From positions 1-41,974 of the forward strand of contig CAZQTN010000003.1 of the NCBI GenBank assembly GCA_964596195.1: a stretch of DNA of 41,974 nt, given 5' to 3'. The DNA comes from an uncultured Ruminococcus sp. Lineage in GTDB: Bacteria; Bacillota; Clostridia; Oscillospirales; CAG-272. Below the pieces are notes generated by a model, which did no database searches, was not told the DNA's origin, and saw only the letters and a program-made list of their open reading frames with translations. Shown piece by piece: positions 7,883 to 18,000 of this stretch. The position numbers and the translations under genes were made by a program. Position 1 is the first letter of the stretch, and each line of letters starts with the position of its first letter.

Positions 7883-8799
7883 CTATGCTGCTTCACGCAC
7901 ACGGCGACACCGAGCACGCAAGCCTCTTTGAGGGAATACTCCACGAGGTTTTACTTGACGGACTTATCGACACGCTGAAAATTATTCCCTTTCTCTTCCT
8001 CACTTATCTTTTAATGGAGTTTATCGAGCACAAGGCATCGGGGCGCACGGTTGCCCTGCTCGAAAAATCAGGCAAGGCAGGCCCTGCAATAGGCGGACTG
8101 CTCGGCGTTTTGCCCCAATGCGCATTCTCCGCGGTGGCGGCAAATCTTTACACGGGTAGGGTCATAAGCCTCGGAACGCTTATTGCGGTATTCCTTGCGA
8201 CCTCAGACGAGATGCTGCCGATAATGATCAGCTCCGGCGCATCCTGGCAGAGCGTTTTAGCCATTCTCGGCTATAAGCTCGCAGTCGGAATTATCGCAGG
8301 CTTTGCGATAGATATCGTGCTTCACCTGCTCAATCGCGGCAAGGAAAAGATCGACATCGACGAGATATGCGACAATGACAACTGTCACTGCGAGAGAGGT
8401 ATACTCCTCTCCGCCCTGCACCACACGCTTACGATATCGGTATTTATCCTCGCTGTAACGCTTGTGATAAATCTGTTGATATTCTTCGTTGGCGCGGATA
8501 CGCTTGGCGGCATTGTAAGCCGCATTCCCGTGCTTTCGCATCTTATAGCGGCGCTCATAGGCCTTATCCCCGGCTGTGCGACCTCGGTTGCCCTGACCAC
8601 TCTCGGTCTTGAGGGTATCATTTCGGGCGGAACGATGATGGCAGGCCTGTTTTCGGGTGCGGGAGTAGGTATACTCATTCTCGTGCGTCTCAACAAGCGT
8701 CCAAAGGAAAATCTTGCGATAATGGGTCTGCTCGTTGGTATTGGATTTGTTTTCGGACTTTTGTTTGACCTTTTCAATTTTGCAGATTTTATTGCATAA
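7879..8799 (+). CDS. Polytopic membrane protein of the ArsP_2 / 'putative manganese (heavy-metal) transporter' family.
   Basis: The start was set to ATG 7879, which overlaps the fur-family stop (ATGA) and has a GGGGGT RBS. The motifs LPFLFLTYLLMEFIEHK...GLLGVLPQCAFSAVAANLY...ATSDEMLP match my recollection of PF11449-type proteins. It has a His-rich N-terminus (HAHGDTEH) and a CDNDNCHCE loop. Confidence 0.7.
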   Translation: MTMLLHAHGDTEHASLFEGILHEVLLDGLIDTLKIIPFLFLTYLLMEFIEHKASGRTVALLEKSGKAGPAIGGLLGVLPQCAFSAVAANLYTGRVISLGTLIAVFLATSDEMLPIMISSGASWQSVLAILGYKLAVGIIAGFAIDIVLHLLNRGKEKIDIDEICDNDNCHCERGILLSALHHTLTISVFILAVTLVINLLIFFVGADTLGGIVSRIPVLSHLIAALIGLIPGCATSVALTTLGLEGIISGGTMMAGLFSGAGVGILILVRLNKRPKENLAIMGLLVGIGFVFGLLFDLFNFADFIA

Positions 8800-8823
8800 A
8801 TTTAACTATTTTCAGAAAAAATA

Positions 8824-8852
8824 TTTACACGCGGCGCGTAATGTGTTAAAAT
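8824..8852 (+). promoter_or_regulatory. Promoter of the oxidoreductase gene.
   Basis: TTTACA (8824-8829), 17-nt spacer, TGtTAAAAT (TAAAAT 8847-8852). Confidence 0.5.
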
Positions 8853-8881
8853 GAAAAAAATACTTTTATATGGAGATCATT

Positions 8882-9928
8882 ATGAAAAAGAAACTTGCAA
8901 TCGTCGGCTACGGCGGTCAGGGCGCGTGGCACGCGCAAAAAGCGATGGCGAGCGACGTTATCGAGCTTGCCGGAATTTACGACATCGCCGAAAAAAGAGT
9001 CAAGGCGGCAATCGATAACGGCATTCACGTTTACGGCTCGCTTGAGGAGCTCGTCAGCGACCCTGCTGTTGACATCGTGCTTTGCGCAACGCCGAACGAC
9101 GTACATAAGGATATAGTTATTGCGGCATTGTCGCAAAAAAAGCACACCGTATGCGAAAAACCCGTATCACTTACGGTACAGGACTTCGACGATATGGTGG
9201 CGTGTGCAGAGGAGAACGGCGTGCTGTTTACCGTACACCAGAACCGCAGATGGGACGTCGACTTCCTCGCTATAAAGAGCCTTATAGACTCCGGCGAGAT
9301 CGGCGAGACGATCAGCATTGAGTCACGCGTGCACGGCTCGCGCGGCATTCCCTCCGACTGGAGATGCCACAAGCAGTACGGCGGCGGAATGATCCTCGAC
9401 TGGGGTGTGCACCTCATTGACCAGATGCTCAAGCTTATACCCGAAAAAATAACGAACATCTTTTGTGAAGTAACGAACATAACGACCGACGAGGTCGACG
9501 ACGGCTTCCGCCTTTATATAACCTTTGAGGGTGGCAAGCGCGCGACCGTCGAGGTCGGCACCTATAACTTTATCGCAATGCCGAGATTCTATATGCAGTG
9601 CCGCTCGGGCAGCGCATATATCGAGGACTGGCAGAAGAAGTGCCGCGTTGCAAGGCTTAAGGCCTGGTGCGAAAAGGAGGTGCTCCCCGTACAGACGGCG
9701 GCAGGCATCACCAAGACAATGGCGCCGAGAGACGAGATCACGATCGACTCGTACGAGATCGAGCGCCCAACGGCAGACGTGCACGACTTTTACCGCAACT
9801 TTACCGCCGCGATCGACGGTAAGGCGGAGCAGCTTATCAAGGCATCCGAGGTAAGGCGCGTGCTTCTGGTTATGGAGGCGGCGTTCAAATCGGCCGAAAC
9901 AAAAACTGCTTTGGCAGTAAATATCTAA
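8882..9928 (+). CDS. Gfo/Idh/MocA-family NAD(P)-dependent oxidoreductase.
   Basis: MKKKLAIVGYGGQG is a Rossmann start and EKP is the family motif. The start was moved to ATG 8882, which has a GGAG RBS. Confidence 0.85.
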   Translation: MKKKLAIVGYGGQGAWHAQKAMASDVIELAGIYDIAEKRVKAAIDNGIHVYGSLEELVSDPAVDIVLCATPNDVHKDIVIAALSQKKHTVCEKPVSLTVQDFDDMVACAEENGVLFTVHQNRRWDVDFLAIKSLIDSGEIGETISIESRVHGSRGIPSDWRCHKQYGGGMILDWGVHLIDQMLKLIPEKITNIFCEVTNITTDEVDDGFRLYITFEGGKRATVEVGTYNFIAMPRFYMQCRSGSAYIEDWQKKCRVARLKAWCEKEVLPVQTAAGITKTMAPRDEITIDSYEIERPTADVHDFYRNFTAAIDGKAEQLIKASEVRRVLLVMEAAFKSAETKTALAVNI

Positions 9929-9941
9929 AAAATCTTACACG

Positions 9942-9975
9942 GGGTGACTCCAATGGCTTGGAGTCACCCTTTTTC
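9942..9975 (+). terminator. Strong intrinsic terminator-like hairpin.
   Basis: A 12-bp perfect stem, GGGTGACTCCAA (9942-9953) pairing with TTGGAGTCACCC (9958-9969), has a 4-nt loop and is followed by TTTTT. It ends only 22 nt before the next start codon. Confidence 0.75.
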
Positions 9976-9996
9976 TTAACTTGCCATAGGATAAAT

Positions 9997-11892
9997 ATGA
10001 TTATGGAAAATTACAAGAAACGAACGGTTAATTTGATATCAAATCTCCTGCTTGAATACAAGCAAAACCCCACCGTCGTGCCCTACTATCCGCAAAAGAC
10101 CGTGCTGATGCAAAGGGATCGACAGCCCTTGCCGCACGGCACGCCGGAGGCGCACGGCATATCCTCTCTTGCCATAACGCAACTTTTGCGCGCACTTGAG
10201 GTAGAGCCGCGAGCAAACCTACACTCTATCGTGGTGGTAAAGGACGGTGTAGTCATCGCAGAGGCGTCAGCACCCGAATACTCCGCGACCCTGCCACATC
10301 TGTCGCATTCTATGTCAAAGTCTGTGACGGGTATGCTGATCAATACGCTGATCGACCGAGGCGAGCTTAAGCTCGATACGCGGATCACAGACCTGTTCCC
10401 CGAAATCACACCGAGGGAGGAACGCTTTTACGACTTGACGGTCGCGCACCTGCTCACTATGTCGAGCGGCGTTGTGTTTGCCGAGGTCGGCTCGGTCAGC
10501 GAGAACGAATGGACGCGTGCCTATTTCGAGTCGGAGATGGCCTTTGCGCCGGGCGAGGAATTTGCCTACAACAGTATGAACTCGTATATCCTTATGCACG
10601 CGGCAGACAGAATCGCAAGAAGAAAGCATGGCGCCGACGCTGAGATGCTTTTGAGGGAGCGCATTCTCCGACCGATGGGAATAAACAATTGGTTTTGGGA
10701 GAAGAGTCCTGAGGGTGTGCCCAAGGGCGGCTGGGGACTGTATCTGTCCACTGAAAGCTGGGCAAAGCTCGGCGTTATGATGATGCAGGGCGGCCGCTTC
10801 GGCGGCAGACAGATACTGAGCGAGGAGTCGGTGCGCCGCTCAACCGCCGTCAGCATAAGCGTGCCGCCCGAAATAAGCCCCCACGATTACGGATATCAGA
10901 TATGGGTTGAAAAGGACGGCGGCTTTTTGTTTAACGGGATGCTTGGGCAAAACGTGTGGGTGTGCCCGGAGCGCTCCCTGGTCGTAGCGATAACGGCAGG
11001 AAGCTGTGAGCTGCTTCAGGGTAGTCCTGCGGTAGCGCTGGTGAAGGAGGCGCTCGGCTCACGGAGAGAAGGAAGCGTGCACCACAGACGCTCAAACGAG
11101 CGCGAGCTTGAGAACAAATGTAAATCTTTCTTTACATCTAGAGAGTGGTTAACATTACACGCCCCCTTGCGCGGCCTGCCCTACCTACTCGGACTTAAAA
11201 ACCGCACCCCGTTCGATAGTGAGCTCTTACCATTAGTCGGAAAATACCTTTTCCCGACCAATAATCTCGGCATTTTACCCATATTCGTAAGCGTTATGCA
11301 GAACAACTACGGTGGCGGAATACGCAGCCTTGAGTTCTCGCGCCGAGGCTCGCTTTTGCACCTCGTATGTGAGATGGGCGCGGGCACGGTACACCTCGAC
11401 CTCGGTATCTACTCCTACGCCGAGGGCACCCTGACCCTCGCCCAAGAGCGCTATCTCGTCCGTGCGGCCGTCAGCACCGAGGCGGACGGCGAGGGCGGAA
11501 CCGTCTACAAGCTTGAATTTATATTTCCGGAGCTGCCGAACGTGCGCCGCGCCACTATGTCACTTTCTGCAAACGGACGGCTGCGCGTTCGGCTGTCCGA
11601 GGTGCCAAACGAGAGGATAAGCGACAATCTTTTGCGCGCTGCAGGGACGATGAGTCCGCGTCTTTCCTCATTATTCTCTATGCTTGAGCGCACGCTTGGG
11701 CACGATTATCTCACACGAAAGCTCGGTGAGCTTTTCAACCCTGAGATAACGGCAATATCGACCGCCGCGCCCGACCTTGAGGCTGCCTTAGAGGAGGAAA
11801 ATGAGCGCATCTCGGCAAAAATCAGCTCCTCGCGCCTCGTGCGTTCTCTGCTCTCACGCTTTTTCCGCGGGGGACGGCGAGATAACGGATAA
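9997..11892 (+). CDS. Serine hydrolase, beta-lactamase/PBP4*-fold, with a roughly 300-aa C-terminal extension.
   Basis: The SxxK motif (SHSMSKSVTG) is about 110 aa from the start. The start was set to ATG 9997, because the track start at 9958 lies inside the terminator hairpin. Confidence 0.75.
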   Translation: MIMENYKKRTVNLISNLLLEYKQNPTVVPYYPQKTVLMQRDRQPLPHGTPEAHGISSLAITQLLRALEVEPRANLHSIVVVKDGVVIAEASAPEYSATLPHLSHSMSKSVTGMLINTLIDRGELKLDTRITDLFPEITPREERFYDLTVAHLLTMSSGVVFAEVGSVSENEWTRAYFESEMAFAPGEEFAYNSMNSYILMHAADRIARRKHGADAEMLLRERILRPMGINNWFWEKSPEGVPKGGWGLYLSTESWAKLGVMMMQGGRFGGRQILSEESVRRSTAVSISVPPEISPHDYGYQIWVEKDGGFLFNGMLGQNVWVCPERSLVVAITAGSCELLQGSPAVALVKEALGSRREGSVHHRRSNERELENKCKSFFTSREWLTLHAPLRGLPYLLGLKNRTPFDSELLPLVGKYLFPTNNLGILPIFVSVMQNNYGGGIRSLEFSRRGSLLHLVCEMGAGTVHLDLGIYSYAEGTLTLAQERYLVRAAVSTEADGEGGTVYKLEFIFPELPNVRRATMSLSANGRLRVRLSEVPNERISDNLLRAAGTMSPRLSSLFSMLERTLGHDYLTRKLGELFNPEITAISTAAPDLEAALEEENERISAKISSSRLVRSLLSRFFRGGRRDNG

Positions 11893-11959
11893 ACCGTCGG
11901 TTCCTGAAAGAATATCGGACTTTCTCAGGCGATTTAAGCGTAAATAACGGCAAAACGTA

Positions 11960-11988
11960 TTGACTTTTTACACTTTCAAGTGTAAAAT
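11960..11988 (+). promoter_or_regulatory. Promoter of the giant lipoprotein gene.
   Basis: TTGACT (11960-11965), 17-nt spacer, TAAAAT (11983-11988). The AGGAGA RBS lies 8 nt before ATG 12032. Confidence 0.55.
11969..11984. promoter_or_regulatory. Perfect 7-2-7 palindrome (candidate operator) in the promoter spacer/-10.
   Basis: TACACTT-TC-AAGTGTA. It spans the spacer and the first bases of the -10 element. Confidence 0.4.
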
Positions 11989-12031
11989 ATAATCAGCAAA
12001 CAAAAAAAATCCAAACAAAGGAGAAAAACAA

Positions 12032-15000
12032 ATGAAAGCAGTCAAGAGATCCCTCTTGCTCCTTTTGTGTGTTGCAATGCTCGTAGCAGGCGCGATCGTT
12101 ATGTCCGCTTGCTCAAAGGATTGCACCGAGCACGATTGGGGCAACTGGACGGTGACTACCGCCGCTACCTGTATAGCGGAGGGCACCGAGACCCGCACCT
12201 GTAACGAGTGTGGCGAGACGGATACGCGCAAGATCGACAAGGTCGCGCACTCCTTCTCTACCTACGTGTCTGACGGCAATGCGACCTGCACGGCCGACGG
12301 CACCAAGACCGCAACCTGTACGACGAGCGGCTGTACCGCAAAGGACACCGTAGCCGATGCAGGCTCCAAGAAGGCACACACCTTCACCAACTATACGTCG
12401 AACGGCGACGCCAACTGTCAGAAGGACGGCACTAAGACCGCAACCTGTGACACCGAGGGCTGTACCGCCACCGAGACGGTAACTGACGCGGGCTCGAAGA
12501 AAGCCCATTCCTTCACCACCTATCACTCCGACAACAACGCAACCTGCGCAGCTGACGGCACTAAGACCGCAGTTTGTGACTGGTATGGCTGTCAGGAAAC
12601 CGATACGGTGGCCGACGAGGGCTCGAAGAAGAGCCACTCCTTCACCAACTACGTATCGAACAACGATGCAACCTGTGTGCTCGACGGTACTAAGACCGCG
12701 ACTTGTAGCTTCAACGGTTGCTCCGAGACCGATACGATAGAGGACGAGGGCTCCAAGCTCGGACACCTGTGGGATGGCGATCTCACCTGTGAGACCGGCC
12801 ACTCCTGTACCAGAGACAACTGTGACGCTGAGGAAGCGGCACTCGGCCACGATTACAGAGTAGTCGGCGGCGCCGAGCTCACCTGCGAGCAGGACTCCAC
12901 CACTATTTACGCCTGCCAGAACGGCTGCGGCGACGACTTCACCGTTACCAACGAGCTGGCTAAAGGCCACTCTGTTGACGAGTGGACGCTTGACGACGAG
13001 CGGGTCATCGGTGAATGCACCTACGAGCTCATCTACGTCGGCACCTGTGCGAACCCCGGCTGTAGCCAGATCCAGTTCAAGACCGAAGAGGTTGTGAGCC
13101 ACACTCTCAAGTCCACGATACATACCGACGCTACCTGCTCCAACCCCGGACAGAAGCTTATCACCTGCTCCGAGTGCGGCAACTATGAGGCCTATGAGGA
13201 TTACACCAACACCGAGGCTCACGTCTGGACGGTTCAGTCCACCGAGGGTAACGTAACCACCTACGAGTGCTCTGAGTGTCATAGCACCAAGACCGCGATC
13301 ACCGCAACCGAGAGCACCGAGGCTACCGTTGATAAGAGCACCCTTGAGTCTGTCGGCGAGGTTGAGCTTAAGGATGCGAGCATCGCACTTGACAGCGAAA
13401 CTCTCGGCGGCCTTGACGGCGACGTAAGCATCTCCGCAGGCACCCTTGAGGGCACCGACCTTGAAGCAGTAAAGGGCACGCTCGATCAGGATAAGCTTGA
13501 TCAGATCGGCGAGAACCCCATCTACAACTTCGGGCTTAACGATGCAAGCGGTGCCGTTTCCAGCTTCAACGGCTGGGTAACCATCCGCGTTCCCTATACT
13601 CTCGCCGACGGCGAGGACGTTGACTCCATCGCAGTATGGTTCATCAACGACGAGGGCGAGGTCGAGTCTATTCAGGCTACCTACGATAACGGCTACGCCG
13701 TATTCTCCACCAACCACTTCTCCTACTACACCGTAACCCGTCTTACCCCTGCGGAAAGATGCGCGCTTTACAACCATTCCTACAAGGTAACCACCGTAAA
13801 TGCAACTTGTATTACCGACGGCTACGTGCTTAAGGTTTGCCAGCGCTGCGGTCACTCCGAAAAGGAGATCACCGGTAAGGCTACCGGCCACGCAATCACC
13901 ACCACTACCGTTGGTGCAACCTGTACCAAAAGCGGTACTGCAACTCACTCCTGTGACAACTGTGAATACGAGAAAGTTGAGAAGATCGCACCTCTCGGTC
14001 ACGCATGGGCAGCTACCGATAGCGACGAGGCTACCTGTCGGAAGGCAGGCTACACTATATACACCTGCTCCACCTGTAGTGCATCCTACAAGACGGTAAT
14101 CGCTCAGAAGGCTCACTCCTACACCGATACCGTAACCAAGGCTACCTGTACGACCGACGGCTACACCACCAAAGTCTGTGAGTGGTGCCAGTACACCGTA
14201 ACCACTAACAAGATCGCGGCACTCGGCCACGATTACAAGACCTCCACCGTACAGAACGGCTGTACCACCGAGGGCTACACACTTCACGATTGCTCACGCT
14301 GTGACGCAAGCTACAAGACCGACATCGTACCTCCCTCTCACACCTGGGATATCGAGGCACCCACCTGCGGTAAGGGTCAGACCTGTATCGTATGTGGCAA
14401 GGGCGGTCAGTCCGCAACCGGCAACCACACCATGGCGGGCGGCATCTGCTCCGTTTGCGGCGTCGGATGCAACCACACCTATAATTCCGTAGTAACCGCG
14501 CCCACCTGTACCGAGATCGGTTACACCACCAACACCTGTACCGTCTGCGGCGTAGTTGAAAAGACCGACTACAAGTCCGCTGTCGGACACACCGGCGCGC
14601 TTACCTGTACCGTTTGCGGCGAGTCCATCGTTCCCGCAGACTTCTACACCAAGGTATTTGAGTCCATCCTTAACGAGAAGTACACCATCCTCATCGACTC
14701 TATGCAGGTCGACGACGGTATATATGTCGTTGACAGCGAGATCTACGTATCGATCAAGGGCGGCATCAACGGCTGGGGCACGGTCAACGTCAAGGCCTAC
14801 GGCACAGTTGCAACCTTCCGCGCTATTATCGAGGACGGCGTGCTCTACCTTTGCGGCGAGAACACCACGGCTCTTACCGAGTCGAAGAACATTTACGCAA
14901 AGATCCCCTTCATCGAGCTTATTTCCGAAACAGAGGATGCACCCGTAGCGGTATCAATGATCGCATCCCTTCTTATGAACGAGGACGTACTCAACTGGGC

Positions 15001-18000
15001 AAACGACACTCTCCTTCCCTTCGTTTCCAACCTTACCGAGGGCGGCAAGGACGAGGCAAACCTTATCGCTGAGGTTCTCGTTAAGCTTATCTGTGACGTC
15101 ACCGAGGTTGACGGCAATATCGTCATCACTCCCAGCGCAGAGAAGCTCAAGGCACTTAATGCAAGACTCGCAACCGAGACTATCGGCGAGTTTATCGATG
15201 CTGAGTTCGGCGTACGCACCTACGACGATATCGTAGGCAATATCGAGGCATTGCTTAACGCAACCGTCGGCGACCTTATCGACGGTGCGGCAGCAAACGG
15301 CGCTGACGTTATCGCACTCGTTGGTTCACTTGACGCTCTCATTTCCAAGATGGTGGGTCAGGAATGCACCATCTCCGACCTTATGGGTCTTGAAGTCACC
15401 ATTCAGGAAATGCTTCAGGATGATGAGCTCCGCGCGATGACCGTTGAGCAGATAATTGCTATGATCATCGAGGAAATGGGCGGCAGCAGCGGTGGCGGTA
15501 ATGTGGTAACGCCCGAGCCGCCCGTAGAAACCCCCGTGCCCGATTACAACAAGGGCGGAACGGCTGAGCCTGCAAGCGAGGACGGGAAGATCGAGTCCGA
15601 CTCCACCGAGGAGGAGATCGATATCAGCGACAAGATCGTTGAGCTTCTCACTCAGCTTAAGTCTATGACCCTCTACGAGGTAATCGGCGTTGAGATGGAG
15701 ACCTCCGAGGCCGTTGAATACGTTGACGGTATGATCGACGAAGTACTTGCAGAGATCACCCTTTCCATCACCGCCGACAAGAGCGGCAAGCTTATCTCCA
15801 TTGACTTTGCATACGCAGAGTACTGCGACCTGTCTATCGTTGCAGATTACACCTCTACCATCGACTACTCCCAGGTGAAGGCTAACGCAGAGGCCAACAC
15901 CAACCTCAAGGCTGACGAGGATTACATCAGCGGAACCTACAAGTACGGCGAATACGTCTTTGAGATAGACGAAAATGGCAAGCTCGTTAGTATCCGGTAT
16001 ACCTCCATCGCCGACGAACCGAACATAATATGGGAATCCTTCTACGACGACGAGGACAACTACGTTGAGCTCGTTATAGTCAACAAGTACATTGACGAAT
16101 ACAGCGCAGATCTCACCAACGCTCTCATCGCGACGCACAGCGACTGTAAGAATTGGATCGGCGTTGGCATGGTAGCACCCGGCACCTGTACCTCCACGTA
16201 CCAGACCGTTGTCAAAAGATACGTAAACGGCGAGCTTGTTGAGACCATTGACGACCCCGAGATGCTTGAGATGCTCGGTATCGGATCAGATGATTATTCC
16301 TACACCTCAAGCGAGATGATCTGGGTTGGGTTCTTCATCGACTCCGTAACCGGCGAGATCACCAGTTTTGGCGATGCCTATACGCTCCACGAATACGAGG
16401 AGGATGAGGCTAAGCACGTTCCCGCCGTCGGATGCGAGGGCGCAGGCGAGTATCACTACTTCTGTACCGAGTGCGGCGAGACCCTTGTTGTTCCTTACAC
16501 CAACGGCCACGACTACGAGTGGAGCTACGAGCTTAAGGAGGGCGCTACCTCCTGCGAGGACGGCGTTATTGCAACCTACGCCTGCACCGTGTGCGGCAAG
16601 GTACGTAGCACCTATGAAACCGATTATCACGAAACCGATTGGGAGGAGCTTGACTTCTCCGGCTACGGTGTATGTGAGAACCACTATTTTGAGAAGTACT
16701 CCTGCCCCTGCGGACAGAACAGCGGCTTCAGCTACTACAACGGCTTTGATTGGATGGACGGCTACGCATACTGCCCTGAGTGCGGCGTTACCGTAAGCGC
16801 GGACTACACCTACACTCCCGGCGATGGTTGTACGATGAACGAGGCCAGAGTTATCCGCATAACCAAGAACGGCGCGACCATCTACTCCGAGACCGCAAAC
16901 CGCACCTACGAGGATCACGACACGAGAGAGATAGTAACCCTTATGCCCGGCTCCACCACCTGCGAGGACGGTATCATCGTTAAGTGGGTCTGCTCCAAGT
17001 GCGGCGAGGTTGAGAGCGAGTACGAGGAGTACTACCACCGCGAGTACGAGAAGATCATCGTTGACTTCTCAGATTACGGCAGCGTCTGCGGCGGCTACCT
17101 CTACACCTACGGCTGTGCCTGCGGATATTACGAGGACAAGGGCTGGGTACACATATCCGCCGACTGCGAGTTTGAAAAAACTGACGTATACTACAACGAA
17201 TGGCGCGACTACTGCTACAAGTACACCTGTGCAGTAACCAGCCCCGCTTGCGGCTTTACCTACTACGAGCGTAATCGCCTCGTTGAGGGCACGTGCGGCT
17301 ACACCGTATACACAGAATATTATGTAATCGAAAACGGCAACGAGGTCATTCTTTACAGCTACGTTTACACGGATGAGATATATCACAGCTACGAGTCCTC
17401 GTCCGAGAACAAGACCCCCGTTACCGAGTTCCCCTGCCTGTACCTCGTATCGAGAGTTGAGGCGTGCACGGTCTGCGGCCACGAGAACACCTACAACGGC
17501 TACGAATTTATCCACGAGAAGACCAACCACGACGACGGCTACTACTGTGACGTCTGCGGCGATGGCGATCACTACGAGTGTGACGATCAGGGCAGAACTG
17601 TCTGGGAGCTCCACGTTTATTGGTACGCAAACGGCGCGGGTATCCAGAAGGATCAGCAAGAATATCGCTGGATGTACTACAACGACTATCGGTTCACAAC
17701 CTACGAGTACGGCTCTGACGATTACTACTATCTCAGAGACGGAAAATGGGAGATTGTGGATCCCTACTGGCACTCCAACACCTACGAGTACGACTTCAGC
17801 GGTGAGTGCTCCGTCACGATAACCTACGAGAACTCCGATGGAGAGCGCGATTCTTACACCTACCGTGCTTGTGAGTACTTCAACTACGGCTCTGCTACCG
17901 CAGCAACCTGTACTCAGCACGGCGTAGGCACCAAGACCTGCCTTGTCTGCGGCACCGCCAGCTCCTACGAGCTCGAGCCCATCTGCCACGATTGGTATTG

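Noticed and set aside
11893-11935. Possible terminator after the serine-hydrolase gene (CCTGAAAG...CTTTCTCAGG).
   Set aside because: The stem is imperfect and no T-run follows it, so it is not supportable as an intrinsic terminator.
12113-14287. 724-aa ORF antisense to the giant gene. Similar long antisense ORFs occur at 15326..16138, 16307..17038 and 17069..19015.
   Set aside because: These are shadow ORFs created by the strong codon bias of the sense gene (ACC/GGC/GAC-rich, few antisense stops). The translations are low-complexity G/V/A/L strings with no RBS or promoter. The sense frame has a clear signal peptide, repeat logic, promoter and terminator.
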